Origin: Phycisphaerae bacterium
GTDB taxonomy: Bacteria; Planctomycetota; Phycisphaerae; UBA1845
Assembly: GCA_963666835.2 (NCBI GenBank)
Contig: CAXXGO010000001.1
Location: forward strand, 1,088,001 to 1,152,000
Reading direction: 5' to 3'
DNA: 64,000 nt
Shown here: piece by piece, positions 40,312 to 49,227 of the stretch
Numbering within the stretch: position 1 is the first letter of the stretch
How the letters are laid out: every line of letters begins with the position of its first letter
The notes under the pieces: model-generated
Seen by the model: only the letters and a program-made list of their open reading frames with translations
Database searches by the model: none
What the model was told of the DNA's origin: nothing
Program-made: the position numbers and the translations under genes

Positions 40312-40814
40312 GATCCGATCTTCTTTTGCAGGGCGTCGTTCTTGGCCGCTACGCCTGCGGCTTGCTCTGCTTTGAACTTCGCGAGCGCCGCCGCCAGTTT
40401 CTCATCTTTGCGAGCGATGATCTGCAGCGCCAGCAAGGCGGCGTTCTTGGCTCCGGCGCTGCCGATTCCCACGCCCGCTACGGGGATTCCGGGTGGCATC
40501 TGCACGGTGGACAGCAGGGCATCAACGCCCTGCAATGCTCCGCTGACCAACGGCACCCCGATCACCGGTAGTATCGTGTGGGCGGCAATACTGCCGGCCA
40601 GCGCCGCCGACATTCCCGCTCCGGCGATGATTACCTCGAGCCCGTCACTCGCCGCGCGACTCGCGAAGGTGTGTACCCGTTCCGGTGTTCGGTGGGCGCT
40701 CATCACCTCTACGAGCGGGGTCTCGCCTAACGTCTTCAACTGCTCGACGCACTTCTCCATCACCGGCCAGTCGGAGTCGCTTCCGAACACGACGGCTACT
40801 CTCGGTTTGGGCAT
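40308..40814 (-). CDS. purE: N5-CAIR mutase
   Basis: GSDSD, SAHRTP, AGAGMSAAL, PVIGVP, VQMPPGIPV. Confidence 0.96.
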   Translation of the reverse strand: MPKPRVAVVFGSDSDWPVMEKCVEQLKTLGETPLVEVMSAHRTPERVHTFASRAASDGLEVIIAGAGMSAALAGSIAAHTILPVIGVPLVSGALQGVDALLSTVQMPPGIPVAGVGIGSAGAKNAALLALQIIARKDEKLAAALAKFKAEQAAGVAAKNDALQKKIGS

Positions 40815-40909
40815 CCTGGTCTCCTTCGTTACCACTGGTTCGGCTATGGTCTGAACTCGTAAAGACCCGCTATGCGGACCCTATCCATGAAAGGCATGTC
40901 CCGGTCAAG

Positions 40910-41434
40910 TATAAAACATTCCCATTCGGTCCGGCTGCTTGCTGATTCGGCAGGCAACGGGGCTGTTCGATTGGGGTCAATCCGATTATCCTGGCGTTGT
41001 CTTGCGAGAGGGTAGGGCAACGCAGGAGTGCGACCCGAGCGCCCGCAAGACCCGAGGGCAGACTCTTGACGACCTGGTCAAGGGCAGGGGCGTCCATCGT
41101 AGCTGGTGGACGCCTCTTATCATATGTTCTGCAGTCTGCTCTTGGTCCAAAGCGATAAACTCCGGGGGTCTGGGGGCAGCGTCCCCAGTTCCGCCGTAGG
41201 CGGGAAAGCCCGACCCCGCGGGCGTTTCCCAGTGTCTTTCTCGTATCTGTCTCGTCCGTGTACCGGTTCGGACTAGATCTCTCGATCGGTCCATCTATCC
41301 ATTCGCGCTACCGCTTGCCTGCCGACATAACAACATGATGTCGATCCGATGCCACCATGGGACACCGGGCGCGGGGTCGCATGATCTCGTCCGGTACGGG
41401 CGGCCCATTTACTACGAGGCCTGGAGCCGTCTTC
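40910..41434 (-). ncRNA. Candidate bridge/seek RNA region (3' non-coding end of the IS); exact RNA ends unknown
   Basis: Multiple hairpins (41065-41082, 41086-41117) and short matches to donor and target sequences; position typical for IS1111-type elements. Confidence 0.5.
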
Positions 41435-42622
41435 TCAGACAGCAACGACCATAGGGTCCTCGGGCTGGCCCGTTCCCGGACGAGATTTCTTTCGAAGTCG
41501 CTTCCTTGCCGTTCTTGCCGGACGGCGTTTCTTTGATGCTGTCCGTGGACGATCCGGCGGATCGTCCATGTAGTCGATCTCCTTTTTCCACATCACGTGT
41601 ACCACACGCGTCAAATCGTGAGCCACGGTGATGTAGCCGCGATTGCGGTCCTTCTTCCCCCCGTCTGTGCGTCGGTCAAAGATCTCCCGAAAACGCTTAT
41701 CCTTCCGTACTGCGCCGCGGGCGGCCTCGATAAACGCCCATTTCAGCGTACGGCGACCGATCCGTCCCACATGCCGCCCCTTGGGTGTCTCATCGTCCTC
41801 ATCACCGCTGTCGTCCGCGCGCGGAGCCAACAAGGCGTACGAAGCCAAGTGTTTCCGGTTTGGGAATCGGCTGATTCGTCCGATCTCCGCCAGAATCGTA
41901 TACGCCAAAACCACGTCAATCCCCGGGATCGTACGCAAGCGTTCGCCGTTTGGATCCTTCTTGAGCTCCCGGCGAATTTCTCGCGTGACCCGTGCAATCT
42001 GGCGACGCACATGATCGAGCAATTGCAGATACCCCTTCAACGCAGCCTTCGCGCTGGCTCGAAGCGTCTCATCCTTCGGCGTTACCAGACCATCCAACAT
42101 ACGCCGGCCGGCCCGGCCGAAAAGGTCGGAAAACTCATGCAAGATCCCGTGCCGATGCAGGATGGCGTGAATCTGATTCTTGAGCCGCGTCTGCATCTGC
42201 ACCAAGCTCATTCGGTACCGCATCCGTTCTCGCTCGTCCCGAACCGCCCGCGGCGCCAGCCAGACCTCCCACCACCGCGACTTCTCCGACCACAGCTCCG
42301 ACAACAGATCTGCATCCGTCCGGTTGGACTTCGCGATTCCCCGAACCTCCCGCCAGCCAGCCACTTTCCGACTCGATGCCAAGTGCGGATCCAACCCCGC
42401 CGCGGTCAACTCGTCCGCCAACCAGCCCCACCCGAACGTCCCCTCGAGAATCACGGGAGTCCCAACCGGCCAAGACTGCAGGCGTTCTCGTACCTCGTCC
42501 CGATTCCAGTGCTCGAGACGCTGCCGCCATACAATCCTGTTGTCTTCTCCCCGTGCCGTCACCGAGCTGAACTTCCTGTGGCTATCCAAGCCAATCTGCG
42601 CTACCATTCTGTCCTTCTTCAT
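41435..42622 (-). CDS. IS110 family transposase/recombinase
   Basis: IGLDSH, ILEGT, KSNRTDA (RuvC-like); LRTIPGI, AEIGRISRF, LASYA, DDSG (Tnp domain Ser). Confidence 0.95.
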   Translation of the reverse strand: MKKDRMVAQIGLDSHRKFSSVTARGEDNRIVWRQRLEHWNRDEVRERLQSWPVGTPVILEGTFGWGWLADELTAAGLDPHLASSRKVAGWREVRGIAKSNRTDADLLSELWSEKSRWWEVWLAPRAVRDERERMRYRMSLVQMQTRLKNQIHAILHRHGILHEFSDLFGRAGRRMLDGLVTPKDETLRASAKAALKGYLQLLDHVRRQIARVTREIRRELKKDPNGERLRTIPGIDVVLAYTILAEIGRISRFPNRKHLASYALLAPRADDSGDEDDETPKGRHVGRIGRRTLKWAFIEAARGAVRKDKRFREIFDRRTDGGKKDRNRGYITVAHDLTRVVHVMWKKEIDYMDDPPDRPRTASKKRRPARTARKRLRKKSRPGTGQPEDPMVVAV

Positions 42623-42743
42623 GGTCGTCTCCCTATTGGTCCTCCCGACCGCCGAACGGACATCCTACCGTCCGGCGGGAGACAGCCTTTCATGCGATTA
42701 CCACTACAAAACGGCCAAAGCCCAGCTGAGACGGTAGCCCAGC

Positions 42744-42764
42744 GCCGGGCAGAGCCCGACCTAC
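42744..42764 (-). repeat. GTAG-type REP hairpin
   Basis: GTAG-GTCGGGC-TCT-GCCCGGC on the minus strand. Confidence 0.55.
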
Positions 42765-42768
42765 TAAG

Positions 42769-43803
42769 CTACGTGCCGCGGTTGACCTTGGCCAGCCATT
42801 CCGGAACGATTGTCTCCAGAAGCCTCGGTGGGAAGCTCCGCGCGGTCACCGCGCGGACTTGGGCGTCCGTCTCGGCATTAGCCAGTTCCCGGATGTACCG
42901 CTGCAGGTGCTTCCGACCGGAAGAGTCGGAGAGCAGGTACACCACAAGCGTATACGCTTCGGCATACGCCAGATGCCGTCGTGGGACCGACAGCCCTGCC
43001 ACATGCTTTCGGCTGTAGAATTCCGCCGGGCTTGAGTGGAGGAGTTCGTCCAGCGGGATCAACTGCCGCACTGAGGCGCCCTCTCTAACGATGCGGAAGT
43101 ACCCGGACGCAGGGCGATCGAAAGCCAGACCTTTCCCGGTTACGCGGGCGGTTCCATAGTACGTGGCGAGCCCCTCGTTGAGCCAAGTCGGCATCGCGGG
43201 GACGTATCGGGCAACGAACTGGTGGAAAGCCTCGTGAAAGAGGACCCCGTAAGTCTTGTTCTTGTCTCCCGCATCGCAGATGATCAGCAACTGCCTCGCC
43301 GGAACGAACAACCCGGTGGTGTGCTCCACGTGCTCTCCGAAATAGGCTCCGCCGAATTCGTTATACTCGGCGAGCGTTGCGAAGATCACGACCTTGAACC
43401 GTTCGTCTTTCGGAGCCGGTTCGCTCCGTTCGGTCGCGGAATCCTCCGGACGTTCCTTGCCATGACGATCTTCCGCACGTACGTCCGGCCCAGCCTGTTT
43501 CGTCTGGGGATGATCTGCGAGCAGCTCCGTGAAGCCGTCGGCGTATTCGCGATAGATGTACTCGAGGCAGCGTCCGAACTGAGCCAAACGCTCGTCGGAG
43601 ACGGTTCCACTAAGCGAGTAGTGGTCGGTCTGTCGGCGAATCGTCAGCCTTCCCAGGTCTTCTTTCAGGTCACGAGTCTGGCACCACGCTGAGGTGGTAG
43701 CCCATAGCATACCCGCGCAGGCCAAACATGCTAACTCATAGAGGCGATGTTCTGCGCCGCGGTTTCGCTTCACACCGAACCTACTTGGCAATTGCAGGGT
43801 CAT
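42769..43803 (-). CDS. Secreted DUF1570-like HExxH metallopeptidase-type protein
   Basis: Signal-like N-terminus; LFHEAFHQF...PTWLNEGLATYY; AYAEAY. Confidence 0.75.
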   Translation of the reverse strand: MTLQLPSRFGVKRNRGAEHRLYELACLACAGMLWATTSAWCQTRDLKEDLGRLTIRRQTDHYSLSGTVSDERLAQFGRCLEYIYREYADGFTELLADHPQTKQAGPDVRAEDRHGKERPEDSATERSEPAPKDERFKVVIFATLAEYNEFGGAYFGEHVEHTTGLFVPARQLLIICDAGDKNKTYGVLFHEAFHQFVARYVPAMPTWLNEGLATYYGTARVTGKGLAFDRPASGYFRIVREGASVRQLIPLDELLHSSPAEFYSRKHVAGLSVPRRHLAYAEAYTLVVYLLSDSSGRKHLQRYIRELANAETDAQVRAVTARSFPPRLLETIVPEWLAKVNRGT

Positions 43804-44699
43804 TCCTCGTTGGTCATTTCGTATTCGCAGATTGCCTCGGGCAAGTACTCGATGATGTCTCCGGCGGTCATTGATCTGCGCCCAAGCTCCTCGGCGGCGA
43901 AATCACCGGCCAGCCCGTGCAGGTATACGCCCAGAATGGCGGCCTCCAAAGAAGGTGTGCCCTGGCCCAGCAGCGCGGCGATGACCCCCGTTAAAACGTC
44001 CCCGGCTCCGCCCGTGGCCATGCCCGCGTTGCCGGTCTCGTTGATGTACATCCGATCGCCGTTGGTGACCACTGTTCCCGGTCCCTTGAGCGCCACATTG
44101 CAGCCGTAGGTTTCCACGAGAGCGCAGGCGGCGGCGCGCCGGGTGGCCGCGTCATTAGTAACAGGCTCTTTGCGACCGCGGGCATCCAGCAATCGCCGCA
44201 TCTCACCCGGGTGGGGAGTGAGTACGATGCGGTTGGCCTGGGGGATTTCGAACGGGTCAGCGGCCGCCAACAGATTCAGCCCGTCGGCGTCCACCACCAT
44301 CGGCCCGGAGAAACCGATCAGAATCTCGGCGACTACGGAAGGTCCGAGGGTGTGCCCGAGCCCCGGACCAAGTGCCACGACGTCGGCATGGAAGGCGCTC
44401 ACCGCTTCGAGAATGTCGGCCGCGGTGTCCTGCAAAGTGCCGACGGTTGCGCATGGTGCCAATCCCGCCGCGGCCGTTCGGATCGGCTCGGGGACCAGAA
44501 GCTGAACGAGTCCGGCGCCGCTGCGAAACGCGGCGTTGGCCGCCATTGCCGGGGCGCCGACCATTACGACGGCGTTGTAGCAGCCGCCGATGATCACGAT
44601 TCGTCCCACGTTTCCTTTGTGCGCATGGGGGCTCCGTTCCGGAAGGGGGGCGATCTCGCGCGTGATTATGATGTCTTCCCGAGGCATATTCCGTTTCAA
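43800..44699 (-). CDS. nnrD: ADP-dependent NAD(P)H-hydrate dehydratase
   Basis: HKGNVG, RSGAGLV, GPGLG, VDADGLN, LTPHPGE, MATGGAGDVLTG. Confidence 0.92.
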   Translation of the reverse strand: MKRNMPREDIIITREIAPLPERSPHAHKGNVGRIVIIGGCYNAVVMVGAPAMAANAAFRSGAGLVQLLVPEPIRTAAAGLAPCATVGTLQDTAADILEAVSAFHADVVALGPGLGHTLGPSVVAEILIGFSGPMVVDADGLNLLAAADPFEIPQANRIVLTPHPGEMRRLLDARGRKEPVTNDAATRRAAACALVETYGCNVALKGPGTVVTNGDRMYINETGNAGMATGGAGDVLTGVIAALLGQGTPSLEAAILGVYLHGLAGDFAAEELGRRSMTAGDIIEYLPEAICEYEMTNEE

Positions 44700-45460
44700 T
44701 CCGTACCGGTCCGTGCCCGTCGGTTTATCAGAGCGGCGGTGTAGCCGGCTCCGAAGCCATTATCGATATTGACGACCGTTACCCCGGCCGCACAACTGTT
44801 GAGCATTCCCAATAACGCGGCCAGCCCGTGGAAGCTGGCGCCGTATCCTACGCTGGTAGGAACCGCGATAACCGGGCATTCGACCAGCCCGCCGACCACG
44901 CTGGCAAGGGCGCCCTCCATTCCGGCCACAACCACTGCGACACTGGCGGCCTGTAAGCCTTCGCAATAAGCCAAGAGCCGGTGAATCCCCGCGACTCCCA
45001 CATCCAGATAGGACGCGGTGGTCTGGTCCATCATCTCGGCGGTAATCCGAGCCTCTTCGGCTACGGGCAGATCGCTGGTGCCCGCCGCGACGATGGCGAT
45101 AGTGCCCGTGCCGGGTACCCGTTCGCGCTGCCGAAGGGTGATGACGCGCGGGGCCTCGTGGAACTCGGCCTGGGGCTGGATCTGTGACACTGCTTTGTAC
45201 ATCTCGGGGGTAGCACGCGTTGCCAGTACATTGCCGCCCGCCTTGGCGCACCGTTCGAACACGGCCGCAACATGTTCGGGTGTCTTGTATTCGCAGTAGA
45301 TCACCTCGGGGAACCCGCAGCGGATAGACCGGTGGTGATCGATCTTGGCGAAGCCGAGATCCTCGAACGGCATGTTCTTAAGCCGCGCGACGGCCTCATC
45401 CACAGACTGTCCGCCTGCGCGCACCAACTCCAGCAGATCTCGCAAAGCCTGCTCGTCCAT
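44696..45460 (-). CDS. larB: Nickel-pincer cofactor biosynthesis protein LarB
   Basis: DHHRSIRCGFPEV, AGTSDLPVAEEA, DVGVAGIHRL, AGMEGAL, PTSVGYG, VVNIDNGFGA. Confidence 0.93.
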   Translation of the reverse strand: MDEQALRDLLELVRAGGQSVDEAVARLKNMPFEDLGFAKIDHHRSIRCGFPEVIYCEYKTPEHVAAVFERCAKAGGNVLATRATPEMYKAVSQIQPQAEFHEAPRVITLRQRERVPGTGTIAIVAAGTSDLPVAEEARITAEMMDQTTASYLDVGVAGIHRLLAYCEGLQAASVAVVVAGMEGALASVVGGLVECPVIAVPTSVGYGASFHGLAALLGMLNSCAAGVTVVNIDNGFGAGYTAALINRRARTGTD

Positions 45461-45610
45461 AACGTATGCAGTGTAGGAAGATGCGGCCGACTCGGCAAAC
45501 CGGCAGAATACGCGGCCCCCCCTTAATTGCCTACTTTGCCAAGTGTCGTTTCCGCGCGCAACTCCGTATTTGGAGATTAGAGCCCTTCGCGGCGCCGCCG
45601 TATTTCGCGG

Positions 45611-48600
45611 TTACGCCCTTGCGAGGGCGATCACCAGCGGATTGCCGTCGATCTTAACGTCGATACGCCCAAGATCCGTGGCCGGAGGCTCGGTAAGCAG
45701 CTCGACGGCCAGCGTTTCGTTCTTGATGTAGTCCCCACACTGCTCGATGGCATCGTGGAGACCTTCGGCGTCGGTGGAGAGCCCCAGCCGGATGCGGTCG
45801 GCAATGTCCAGCCCGGCCTCCTTACGCAGATTCTGCACGTTCCTGACGATATCGCGCGCAAGCCCTTCGTTCTTGAGCTGCGGCGTAAGCCGGGTGTCGA
45901 GTAGGGTAACAGTCGGCCCGTCGCTTGCTCCAGCCCAGGCGTCTTGATACGACCGCGAGACGGTCAGATCTTCGGACGCGACTGGGAGGGCGTTGCCGTC
46001 AATCTCGATCATGACCGGTTCATTCTGGGCGAGTTTCTTCTCGACCGACGCGCCGTCGAGTTCGGCAATTGCGGCCCGGGCCGCGGAGACATTGCGCCCG
46101 AACTTCGGACCGAGGGTCTTCATATTGGGCTCGACGAGGACCGTAACCATATCGTCCGCCGAGTCGCGCAGGGTCACTTTCTTGACGTTCAGCTCTTCAA
46201 GGAAGTGGTCCTGGAACAGCTCCACGGCTTGCCGCTCCGCGTCGTTGCCCGGCACGATCAGCAGCTCCGCCAGCGGCTGTCGGACCTTCAGCTTCGACTC
46301 CTTCCGGGCAGCGCGGGCCAAGGACATCAATCGCAACGAAGCAGCCACATGCGCCGAAAGCGTTTCGTCGATCATCGTCTCATCCACTTCGGGGAATGGG
46401 ACATGGTGTACACTGGCGGCAGCGCCTGTGGTCTGCTCAGCGACAAGGTTCTGGTAGATCGTCTCCGCCATGAACGGGACGATCGGAGCCACGAGTCGGT
46501 TGAACGTGGTCAGAACCTGATAGAGGGTAGCGTACGCCGCCCTTTTGTCCGCCGGCCAGCCCTCACCGTAGAACCGCCGGCGCGAACGCCGTACGTACCA
46601 GGTGCTCAGCACCTCGACGAAACGCTCGGCTTCCACGGTGAACGCGGCGACGTCGAATCCGCTGTAGGCCTCATGGGCTGTGCGGATCAACCGGTGCAGG
46701 TCCGAGAGGATCCAACGGTCGAGCAGCGAGCGATCTTCCGGTTGCGCGGTGTGCTCCGCCGGCTTGAAGTCGTCCACCCGGGCCAGATTGCAGAAGAAGG
46801 AATAGACGTTCCACCATGGGATGATTACGGCACGGCGGGTGTCATTACAGTGGGCCGGACCGAAGAGCACGTTTCGTTCCGGGGCGGCTGAGGCGTACAG
46901 CCAGCGCATCACATCGACGCCGATCTCGTCGGCGGCGGCGTTGAACTCGATGGCGTTGCCGGCCGATTTGTGCATCGGCTTGCCGTCGTCGTCCATCACC
47001 AACCCGTGCCCTTTGAGGACCTTGAACGGCGATCGGTCGACCATCATCGTGCTGACCGCCAGCAAGGCGTAGAACCAGTTGCGAAACTGCCCAGGGAGAG
47101 CTTCCACGATGAACTCGGCGGGGAACCACTTCTCCCAATACTCTCGGTCGGAGAAGTAGCCCATTGTGGACAATGACACGATGCTGGCATCGAGCCACGG
47201 GTTGCCCACGTCTTTGACCCGGGCGACGTTCTCCTGGCCGCACTGAGCGCAACGGATCTTGACGGCATCAACCCAGGGGCGATGAGGGGAGTGTCCCTCG
47301 TACTGCTCCCAGCCGCTGACCGCCCGGGCCTTCAGTTCGTCATGCCCGCCGATCACCTCGAAATGCCCGCAGTCGTGGCATTCCCAGATCGGCAGCGCCA
47401 GACCCCAGTAACGCTTCTTCGAGATCATCCAATCGCCCATGTTGTGGAGCCAGTCGAGCTCGCGCTCCAAGCCCCATGAGGGGATCCACCGGGCCTGGCG
47501 GGCGGAATCCATGATTCGCTCGCGCCAATTCATGTTGATGAACCACTCGTCCACCAGGCGGTAGACCAGCTCCTCTTTACAGCGCCAGCAGTGCGGGTAG
47601 CGGTGGTAATACTGCTCCTTGGCGAGAAGTTTTCCGCGTTTTTTGAGGTCGGCGACTACTTCATCGGCCACCTGATCGAAACGCCGGCCGGCGAGGAACC
47701 CAAACTCCGGCCGAAAGGTCCCGTTCTCGAATAGGGGAGCGACTTGCGGCAGTCCCAGCTCCTTTCCGAGGTGGTAGTCTTCGCTACCGCAACCGGGGGC
47801 AATGTGGACGATTCCCGTACCCTCAGACTCGGTAACCTCATCCCAGGCAATGACGCGGTGGGCGGGCACGGCCTCGGCGGCGCCGGCGAGCATGTCGAAC
47901 GGACCTTCGTAAGTAAGCCCGACGAGCGACTCGCCGCTGACTTCTTCAACAACCTCGAAGGGCCCGTTGTTTTTGAAAAGGGCTTGAATCGACATCAGCC
48001 CCGGGACTTTGCCTTTGCCTGCATCGGCAATCGGGTGCGCTCGGGCGTTTTCGAAGTTGGCTTTGCCGACATAGAAGTACTCGTCGCCCTGTTTGACCTT
48101 CACATAAGTCATTTCCGAGCCGACGGCGGCGCCGACGTTCGAGCTGAGAGTCCAGGGCGTTGTGGTCCAGACCAGCAGGTTCTCGCCGGGGCGTTCCTTG
48201 AGCGGGAACTTGACGAAGACGGAAGTGTGCGGCACCTCGCGGTACCCTTCGTTCATCTCCATCTGGCTGAGCCCGGTCCCGCAGCGCGGGCACCAGGGCA
48301 TGACATCGAAACCCTTGTAGACCAACCCCTTCTCGTGGCACTTCTTCAGAAACGCCCAGATACCGAAGTTGTTCTCGTCCGACATCGTGTAGTAGGAGTT
48401 CTCCCAATCCATCCAGTATCCGAGCCGTTTGGATTGCTCGGTCTGCACGGCCGCGAACTTGTTGGCCCGCGCCTTGCACTCCTCGACGAACCGGTCGATT
48501 CCGTAGGATTCGATTTCCTTCTTGTCCTTGAAGCTATGTTCCTTCTCGACCTCGACCTCGACCCAGAGTCCCTGGCAATCGAATCCGTTCTGATAGCGCA

Positions 48601-48838
48601 GCTCGCGTCCCAGGGCGGCCTGGTACCGCTGATAGATGTCCTTGTAGGTTCTTCCCCAGGCGTGATGGACCCCCATTGGGTTGTTGGCGGTTATCGGTCC
48701 GTCGAGGAACGACCACCTCGGTTTGCCCCGGTTAATCTCCCGGAGTTTCTCGAAGGCCTGGGTCTGTTCCCAGTACGCCAGCACTTCCCGCTCTTGCGCG
48801 GGGAAATCCACCTTCGGGTCAACCTTCTGGAACGCCAT
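45611..48838 (-). CDS. ileS: Isoleucine--tRNA ligase (type 2)
   Basis: DGPITAN, GFDCQGL, WTTTPWT, GTGIVHIAPG, YPHCWRC, WMISKKRYWG, WYVRRSRRRF. Signature motifs are GVHH and PMHKS. Confidence 0.95.
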   Translation of the reverse strand: MAFQKVDPKVDFPAQEREVLAYWEQTQAFEKLREINRGKPRWSFLDGPITANNPMGVHHAWGRTYKDIYQRYQAALGRELRYQNGFDCQGLWVEVEVEKEHSFKDKKEIESYGIDRFVEECKARANKFAAVQTEQSKRLGYWMDWENSYYTMSDENNFGIWAFLKKCHEKGLVYKGFDVMPWCPRCGTGLSQMEMNEGYREVPHTSVFVKFPLKERPGENLLVWTTTPWTLSSNVGAAVGSEMTYVKVKQGDEYFYVGKANFENARAHPIADAGKGKVPGLMSIQALFKNNGPFEVVEEVSGESLVGLTYEGPFDMLAGAAEAVPAHRVIAWDEVTESEGTGIVHIAPGCGSEDYHLGKELGLPQVAPLFENGTFRPEFGFLAGRRFDQVADEVVADLKKRGKLLAKEQYYHRYPHCWRCKEELVYRLVDEWFINMNWRERIMDSARQARWIPSWGLERELDWLHNMGDWMISKKRYWGLALPIWECHDCGHFEVIGGHDELKARAVSGWEQYEGHSPHRPWVDAVKIRCAQCGQENVARVKDVGNPWLDASIVSLSTMGYFSDREYWEKWFPAEFIVEALPGQFRNWFYALLAVSTMMVDRSPFKVLKGHGLVMDDDGKPMHKSAGNAIEFNAAADEIGVDVMRWLYASAAPERNVLFGPAHCNDTRRAVIIPWWNVYSFFCNLARVDDFKPAEHTAQPEDRSLLDRWILSDLHRLIRTAHEAYSGFDVAAFTVEAERFVEVLSTWYVRRSRRRFYGEGWPADKRAAYATLYQVLTTFNRLVAPIVPFMAETIYQNLVAEQTTGAAASVHHVPFPEVDETMIDETLSAHVAASLRLMSLARAARKESKLKVRQPLAELLIVPGNDAERQAVELFQDHFLEELNVKKVTLRDSADDMVTVLVEPNMKTLGPKFGRNVSAARAAIAELDGASVEKKLAQNEPVMIEIDGNALPVASEDLTVSRSYQDAWAGASDGPTVTLLDTRLTPQLKNEGLARDIVRNVQNLRKEAGLDIADRIRLGLSTDAEGLHDAIEQCGDYIKNETLAVELLTEPPATDLGRIDVKIDGNPLVIALARA

Positions 48839-49096
48839 CGATCTCTCCTGCCTTGCTGCTACGACCACCTCAGGGTCTGTTTCGGGGCGGCTTCGGGCTC
48901 TACCACCGGCACAGCCGGCCCAACCGGACGCAGTCCGTACCGATACCGGTGTGGACTGTGAACTTCGCACTATAACCAGGTTGGCACTCGACGTGAATCG
49001 CCGTCATCACCCGGATCGCCGGGGTGGGATCCTCCCGGCCGGCCCGCGGCATACGCCGCTTGCTCAAGACGGGCGCCAATCACGACGATAGGCTCT

Positions 49097-49182
49097 GTGA
49101 GGCTGTGGGTCTCCACCCGAAAGGGTGTGCAGCCTAACTAAGAGGGTCCGGGTATCGGCGAGCCCGGGCTCTCGTTTTTTTT
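49097..49182 (+). ncRNA. Candidate standalone small RNA with intrinsic terminator
   Basis: AGGCTG/CAGCCT stem enclosing CACCC-GAAA-GGGTG, then a GC-rich hairpin and T8. No + strand gene upstream. Confidence 0.5.
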
Positions 49183-49227
49183 ACGTTACCGCCAAGTCGG
49201 CGATCCGACGCACGCCTGCCTCGGTCG

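Larger units (their letters stand above)
40882..42700 (-). mobile_element. Complete IS110-family insertion sequence, IS1111 type
   Basis: Sub-terminal IRs ATGAAAGGC at 40887-40895 and 42685-42693 (reverse); TA core at 40882-40883 and 42699-42700; 7-nt/3-nt offsets; short 5' and long 3' non-coding ends. Confidence 0.85.

Noticed and set aside
41086..41117. GGGGCGTCCATC/GGTGGACGCCTC inverted pair as the IS terminus
   Set aside because: It has no counterpart at the other end, whereas the ATGAAAGGC IRs with the TA core explain both ends. Treated as an internal hairpin.
40308..45460. purE and larB (related folds) close together as a functional module
   Set aside because: Separated by unrelated genes and an IS; no larA, larC or larE in the window to support a link.
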